A stretch of 28,116 nt of DNA. It comes from a virus (lineage: Duplodnaviria > Caudoviricetes). Below are positions 23,140-28,116 of this stretch, one piece after another. The notes beneath the pieces were generated by a model, which worked only from the letters and a program-made list of their open reading frames with translations, had not been told where the DNA came from and made no database searches. The stretch spans positions 1-28,116 of IMG/VR virus record IMGVR_UViG_3300021560_001198; one strand, written 5' to 3'. The first letter of the stretch is position 1. Each line of letters opens with the position of its first letter. A program made the position numbers and the translations under genes.

Positions 23140-23726
23140 GAAGCCCGATCTTCAGCAACCGGATAACGGTTGCGGGAGCGACGGCGACCTGGGGTGCCGC
23201 CGGCTCACTAATCCTGCCGGTCGACTACATCCAGCTCGCCTTCGGCGTGGTCGCCGGCGGCATCCTGTCCGAGGACGCCGCAGCGATCACCTACTCGTTT
23301 TTCGTCACCTACGACGGGATGAGCAATGACTTTGCTAGCCCCATGTCCCTGGCCCAGACCACCACCACAATTACAGTTACCGATCCTAACCTCCCCCTGC
23401 GTGGGGGTGTTACGGTTGGAGATGTGGTACAGCTGCTCGGGACTGGTGGCAATACAGATGGTTGGTACGTGGTCGCCTCGACCCCCTCCACCACCTCCTA
23501 CACCGTTACCTCTCTCGTCTCTCAGACCATTACAGGTCTCGCTAGCCAGCATAAACTGTTCCGACTCTTTGCGGCTCCAGCCGCCATCACTGGTGCGTCT
23601 ACCAGAATTGCTGCCGCTATCTCAATAACCAACGTTGGTCCCTGCACCGGCCTCGTCCTAAAGGCGACTGCTATCACCACCGGTAGCGTGTGTGGCGTGG
23701 TCGTGCAGGGGGAGGGGCCTGGATAG
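23136..23726 (+). CDS. Putative virion structural protein
   Basis: 196 aa, T/G/A/V-rich beta pattern (TITVT...GVTVGDVVQLLG...DGWYVV...SYTV); GGGAGGA RBS. Confidence 0.65.
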   Translation: MRSPIFSNRITVAGATATWGAAGSLILPVDYIQLAFGVVAGGILSEDAAAITYSFFVTYDGMSNDFASPMSLAQTTTTITVTDPNLPLRGGVTVGDVVQLLGTGGNTDGWYVVASTPSTTSYTVTSLVSQTITGLASQHKLFRLFAAPAAITGASTRIAAAISITNVGPCTGLVLKATAITTGSVCGVVVQGEGPG

Positions 23727-23735
23727 GAGACAGCC

Positions 23736-23879
23736 ATGGACTATAAGTTAGTGTGCGAGATGGTGAAGTTCAAACAGAAGATGCTGGGGATGGGAGAGAG
23801 CCCGCCGGATCCGGCGCCGCCCGAGCCTGTCCCAGCTGAGCCCGGCCAGCCGCCGGTAGAGGAGCCGCCCAATGGCTAG
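23736..23879 (+). CDS. 47-aa peptide with Pro/Glu tail (not in ORF track)
   Basis: MDYKLVCEMVKFKQKMLGMGESPPDPAPPEPVPAEPGQPPVEEPPNG; AGGAGA RBS. Confidence 0.55.
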   Translation: MDYKLVCEMVKFKQKMLGMGESPPDPAPPEPVPAEPGQPPVEEPPNG

Positions 23880-24306
23880 TGGAAATAAGTTCAACGCTCC
23901 GGCGGCGAACAAGTGGAACGGGGTGATGAACCTCAGTTCGGATGTGGTGAAGGTGATCCTGACGAACACCCCACCGGTAGCGACTAATGCGGTGTATGCG
24001 GATGTGAGTGCGGGTGAGCTTGCTACGGGCAATGGCTATACCGCCGGCGGCGCCGCCGTCACTCTCACCTCCAGCACCCAGACCGGCGGCCTCTACAAGT
24101 ACATAGCGAGCTGCGCCTCGCCCACTTGGACAGCGAGCGGAGCAGTCGGGCCATTCCGCTACGTCATCATGTACGACACCACTCCGAGCAGCCCGCTCAA
24201 GCCCCTTCTGGTCTGGTGGGACTACGGCAGCTCGTTGACGATGAACAGCGGGGACACCTTCACGGTCCAGCTCGATCCGACGAATGGCGTGATTCAGGAT
24301 AGCTGA
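23872..24306 (+). CDS. Small virion structural protein
   Basis: DVVKVILTN...ELATGNGYTAGG...WTASG...FRYVIMYD...DYGS, a pattern common in phage fibre/decoration-associated proteins; GAGGAG RBS. Confidence 0.7.
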   Translation: MASGNKFNAPAANKWNGVMNLSSDVVKVILTNTPPVATNAVYADVSAGELATGNGYTAGGAAVTLTSSTQTGGLYKYIASCASPTWTASGAVGPFRYVIMYDTTPSSPLKPLLVWWDYGSSLTMNSGDTFTVQLDPTNGVIQDS

Positions 24307-24321
24307 CCGCGGAGCGAGGGG

Positions 24322-27300
24322 GTGGCTAACAATACGCTGAGAGTGGACTGGACCTCCCGTCCCTACACCTTGAAGTGTAGGGCGGTGAAGTGGAACTGGT
24401 ACGCCGTGCCGACGGCACTGAAGCCGAACCTCAGCCATGCGAAGTTCCTCGCCGCCGGTCCCGTCACCTACCACGTAAACGTCCAGAACGCCACCCTGAG
24501 CTACGGCGCCGCCTCTGGTTATGTGTTCGACTTCTTCGTCGCGCCGGACGGCGATGACACCCTAGGCAGGAATGGGAGTGGGGTGGCGGTAGGGAGCCTG
24601 GCCAACCCCGCCTCTCTGACCGCCCTCGGCACGGCCACCTACAGCAAGGCGGGGGTGCTGCCGGGCGTCTACCAATACGGGACGATCGGCGGCGTGAAGA
24701 CCTACTTCGGCGCTGCCCAGAATGCGGGGACGGGGGTGCCCTGTGCGCAGGTGCCGGGCGGGCGGACCTTCGCCGGGTGCGACTTCAGCGGCAATTACTC
24801 CCCCCGCCAGGCCTATATCGACCTCAACTCTCTCAACCCTTATACTGGTGGTGGGCAGCCGATTAGTGATGGGCAGGCGTTCCTCTGGAACGGCGATGGC
24901 GTCACCATGGATGGGCTGGTGTTGCAGAACTGCGGCTCCGGCCAGATCAACATAAAGGGGTGGTCGAACAGTCAGATTCTGAATTGCTGGCTCCGGTGGC
25001 AGAGGGGATACGACACCCACTTCAATCAGAACAACATCTCCATGAATGGAACCACGAATACTGGGGCCAACAACAACTACATCTACAACACCTTCATCGA
25101 GCTGGGCACGATCCAGTCCCCCCAGCTCATCTACGTGACCGGGATCGGCAGCACGGGAGCAACGCTCGGCTACATCAACAACGTTCCGACTTCGAGCGGT
25201 TGGCCGTGGCACAGCATGGCGAGCACAGCGCCGGCGTCCCTCCGCTTCCTCGACACTGGGCAGGGCATCGGCAATATCGTAACCACCACCGCCGGCTCCA
25301 ACGCACTCGCCTGGACCAGCACCACCATCACCGGCACTCCGAATGGGGTGGCGTCTATCTACCTGAGCCCGACCTCTAACTTCGGCGGCAACCCCGTCTA
25401 CCCAAACAACTTCCCCTATTCCATCTGGACCTTCTACCAGGAGAGCAGCGGCCTCACCACGCCGCTGCTCCTGGAGTGTTGTCAGGCGGAGCGGGTTAAT
25501 CTGATTGGGAATAAGACCAACCCGGGGCAGTGGTCGGCGAAGCGGTGCTACCTCGAGATAGCAGACTTCGGCCGGTACGACTACCGCCTGCCGAGTCCGG
25601 GTGAGGTGGGGCCGAGCCAGGCCGCCACTGGTCTGCAGAACCAGCCCGGCATCTCCACTGTGGTGGACCACAACATCTTCGTAGGGACGGTAGAGTTCTG
25701 CAATGTAGTGACAGGTGGGAATGTGAATGCGCTCCGTGGCACTCTCACCTACACCAACAACACCCACTACTCCCCTGGGCCGAGCGGGAACAACTCCAGT
25801 TCCACGGTGTACATATCCTTCGGGCAGGATGTGACGGCGAACGTCACCAGCCAGGGCAATCTCTACTCGGACAACGCCTTTGCCCAGATCCACTTCGCCG
25901 TCAATTCCGGGACGAACTACGGCAACTGGAACTCTGACTACAACGCCTACAAGAGCTCGGGCGGATTCTTCCGCTACACAAACACGCCGGCGAACCAGCC
26001 ACAGAACGCCTCCGGCGGCACCCAGTACACCCTGGCCCAGCTCCAGGGTGGGCCAGCGCCGCCGGCGCAGACTTGCGAAGTCCACTCCGTCTCCCTCGGC
26101 GGCGTGACGCCGCACCTGAATCAGCCTCGCCAGGGCGAACCACTCACCTTCGCCGTCGACCCCTCCCTGTCGGCCTATACGGTAGCGCCGGGTGGGTTGC
26201 CGGCGGGCGCTATCGATGGGACGGTGGGGAAGAACGGAGTGGCGTGTGGAGTGAACTTCCGCCCGGTAGAGGATCCCTTCCCTCGGATTGCCAGCTACCC
26301 AATCGGCTCCTCCTATTTCAACAACATCTATAATACGAATAGCTTCGTGAACTGGGCCGGCAAGTTCAACATCATGATCTACTCCTGGTACATCGGGATC
26401 GAGCCCCTACCAGGCGGCGGTGCCTACCACACCTTTAATGATCTGATGGCGCAGCAGGTCTCGGTCGGAGTGGGGAAGGGGATTACCTCCAGGCCATTCT
26501 TCTACGTGATGATGGAGGAGATGGAGATACCGCCGGGCACTTCGAGCCTGTATGCGCCGAAGCTCGCGGCGGCGATCAACACGAACAACTGGTGGCTGAG
26601 GACGGGGTGGCCGGCGGGCAGCATCGTGGCTGGCGACTTCACCGGCAGTGGCGTGGTGAACATCGCCATGGGAGGGCCGACAGATGCCGGCACCGGTTAT
26701 GATGTGAGTCAGTATGCCGCCTGGTATTTCTGGAACGTCCTCACGCAGGGGAAGGCGTCAAGCCTGTTTGGGGAGGCTTCGAATATCGCAGCGAACGGCA
26801 ACGTGGTGGGGCTGTTCTTTGATAATCAGTTCTGGGCGCCGCGGAGTGGGATGACCGGGACGTGGGGATGGGGAACGCCCTGTGCGGGGCTGGGCGCCGG
26901 CGCCTCCGTCCCCTACAACAACTACTACTACACCAGCCAGAATTATCAGACCGGCCAGATGCGGCAGGCCTACGCGAGCAAGTTCCTGTGGCCGCAGATG
27001 CTGATGGGTGGGAATTCCGACTACGGGGTGAATGCGGGGTTCTCCACCGCCGGCTTGGCCCTGTCCGGGCAGCAATTCCTCTACGACGTAGTGATGATGG
27101 AGGAGGCGATTGGGCTCAGCAACTCGAACGAGACGACTAGCTTCACCAATCTGATGAATGGGATTATTGGAGGAGAATGCACGCTGATGCCGCACGGCCA
27201 GCAGATCGTCATGCAGGTGGGCCGGCCGGGGGGAGTGGCTTGGACTACTACCACCAACCAGGCGAACTGGGTGACGGCGGACTGGCAGGGGCTGAGGATG

Positions 27301-27699
27301 GGAGAGGCGGCGGCGTGGTGTAGGGATTCTACATTCTGCCTCGAAGACTATAATTCGAATAATGCGGTGCTGTGGTGGAGTGATACGTGGGATAATGGGG
27401 GAAGAGGGCTGGCGTGGATGGGATATCCGTTGGATCAGCCGAGGACGGCAGCCGCCGGCACGATTGGGACGGGGGCGAACGCGATCACCCTGCCGAGCGG
27501 AGTCTGGGGCCGGCGCTACGATAACGCGGTGGTGCTGGCGAACCCGCGGGGAAATGGCAACCAGACCGTCACTCTCCCCACCGGCAAGTACTGGACACTC
27601 CCCTACAACGGCTTCTCCGACCCCGCCGTCAACACTCATACCCAGGTTAACAGCGTTACGCTGTTGCCGGGGGATGGAAGGATTCTGGCAACGTCATGA
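24322..27699 (+). CDS. 1125-aa virion-associated carbohydrate-active protein: beta-helix region + C-terminal GHL15-like glycoside hydrolase domain
   Basis: FFVAPDGDD...GSLANP beta-helix entry; N/G-rich repeats (VDHNIF, YTNNT, SQGNLY, SDYNAY); C-terminal GLFFDN...VMMEE...GVWGRRYDNAVVLANP...VTLLPGDGRIL. Confidence 0.65.
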   Translation: MANNTLRVDWTSRPYTLKCRAVKWNWYAVPTALKPNLSHAKFLAAGPVTYHVNVQNATLSYGAASGYVFDFFVAPDGDDTLGRNGSGVAVGSLANPASLTALGTATYSKAGVLPGVYQYGTIGGVKTYFGAAQNAGTGVPCAQVPGGRTFAGCDFSGNYSPRQAYIDLNSLNPYTGGGQPISDGQAFLWNGDGVTMDGLVLQNCGSGQINIKGWSNSQILNCWLRWQRGYDTHFNQNNISMNGTTNTGANNNYIYNTFIELGTIQSPQLIYVTGIGSTGATLGYINNVPTSSGWPWHSMASTAPASLRFLDTGQGIGNIVTTTAGSNALAWTSTTITGTPNGVASIYLSPTSNFGGNPVYPNNFPYSIWTFYQESSGLTTPLLLECCQAERVNLIGNKTNPGQWSAKRCYLEIADFGRYDYRLPSPGEVGPSQAATGLQNQPGISTVVDHNIFVGTVEFCNVVTGGNVNALRGTLTYTNNTHYSPGPSGNNSSSTVYISFGQDVTANVTSQGNLYSDNAFAQIHFAVNSGTNYGNWNSDYNAYKSSGGFFRYTNTPANQPQNASGGTQYTLAQLQGGPAPPAQTCEVHSVSLGGVTPHLNQPRQGEPLTFAVDPSLSAYTVAPGGLPAGAIDGTVGKNGVACGVNFRPVEDPFPRIASYPIGSSYFNNIYNTNSFVNWAGKFNIMIYSWYIGIEPLPGGGAYHTFNDLMAQQVSVGVGKGITSRPFFYVMMEEMEIPPGTSSLYAPKLAAAINTNNWWLRTGWPAGSIVAGDFTGSGVVNIAMGGPTDAGTGYDVSQYAAWYFWNVLTQGKASSLFGEASNIAANGNVVGLFFDNQFWAPRSGMTGTWGWGTPCAGLGAGASVPYNNYYYTSQNYQTGQMRQAYASKFLWPQMLMGGNSDYGVNAGFSTAGLALSGQQFLYDVVMMEEAIGLSNSNETTSFTNLMNGIIGGECTLMPHGQQIVMQVGRPGGVAWTTTTNQANWVTADWQGLRMGEAAAWCRDSTFCLEDYNSNNAVLWWSDTWDNGGRGLAWMGYPLDQPRTAAAGTIGTGANAITLPSGVWGRRYDNAVVLANPRGNGNQTVTLPTGKYWTLPYNGFSDPAVNTHTQVNSVTLLPGDGRILATS

Positions 27700-28116
27700 C
27701 TATCTCGAATCTGAATGGGATAATGTCGGGGTTCCAGATCGTGCAGCCGTTCACCCGGAGCTATGTGACGCCGGCGAGCGGCAATCGGTATATCGATCTG
27801 TGGTACAGCACCGGCATCAACAATCCGATAGGGGTGGCGGATACGACTCTGAACGGGGTAGTGCTGAGCTCGAGCGGAGGGCTGGTTGCGGGGCAGTTGC
27901 CCTTCTTCGACCCAGGCCAGGGACTCAGCTCCTACCTAGCGGCGTTCCACTTCATGTCCACTGCCCAGGGTGGGACAATCTATCTGTGTGATCGGCTCTG
28001 GCACAATGGCGGCATTACCATCACCAGCACGAGCCTGCAGACGATTGCCTCCCCCACCTTCCCCGCCCGGGACAATAACGGGCTGACGCTGGGGGATGGA
28101 GTGCTGGTGGGACTGA
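27696..28116 (+). CDS. Putative virion protein, 3'-truncated by window edge (not in ORF track)
   Basis: ATGA-coupled; open to the window end: MTISNLNGIMSGF...GQLPFFDP...SYLA...IYLCDRLWHNGGITITST...PARDNNG. Confidence 0.7.
   Translation, partial: MTISNLNGIMSGFQIVQPFTRSYVTPASGNRYIDLWYSTGINNPIGVADTTLNGVVLSSSGGLVAGQLPFFDPGQGLSSYLAAFHFMSTAQGGTIYLCDRLWHNGGITITSTSLQTIASPTFPARDNNGLTLGDGVLVGL

Noticed and set aside
24562-27639. Long minus-strand ORFs of 517 and 293 aa
   Set aside because: Antisense shadows of the 1125-aa gene, expected in GC-rich DNA.

Overview
A segment of a tailed dsDNA phage genome (GC-rich, Gram-negative host implied by a two-component spanin). No capsid, large terminase, integrase, CI-type repressor, primase, tRNA or CRISPR array is recognisable in the window. 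There are three blocks. (1) 1-5016 (+) is the end of a late module: PurD-like ATP-grasp enzyme, Zn-finger protein, beta-helix tailspike and a 7-ORF lysis cluster. (2) 5057-21830 (-) holds replication and early genes: DUF3987-like P-loop protein, a UDG-3'exo-PolA fusion, a ParB-DNA methyltransferase fusion, SSB-like protein, AAA ATPase, Fe-S PD-(D/E)XK nuclease, UvrD helicase and many small ORFs. (3) 22386-28116 (+) starts the packaging/virion module: HTH small-terminase-like gene, virion proteins and a 1125-aa beta-helix/glycoside-hydrolase-like protein. The most notable signals are non-coding. A 31-bp palindromic site GGCGCC-NN-TTAT-N7-ATAA-NN-GGCGCC recurs three times at module boundaries, with half-sites clustered in a ~300-bp quasi-palindromic origin-like region. 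Four sigma70 promoters share a GGTCTT box beside the -35. Several intergenic regions can fold into structured RNAs. Three small proteins share a C-terminal peptide. All functional calls come from motif recognition by eye; no searches were run.
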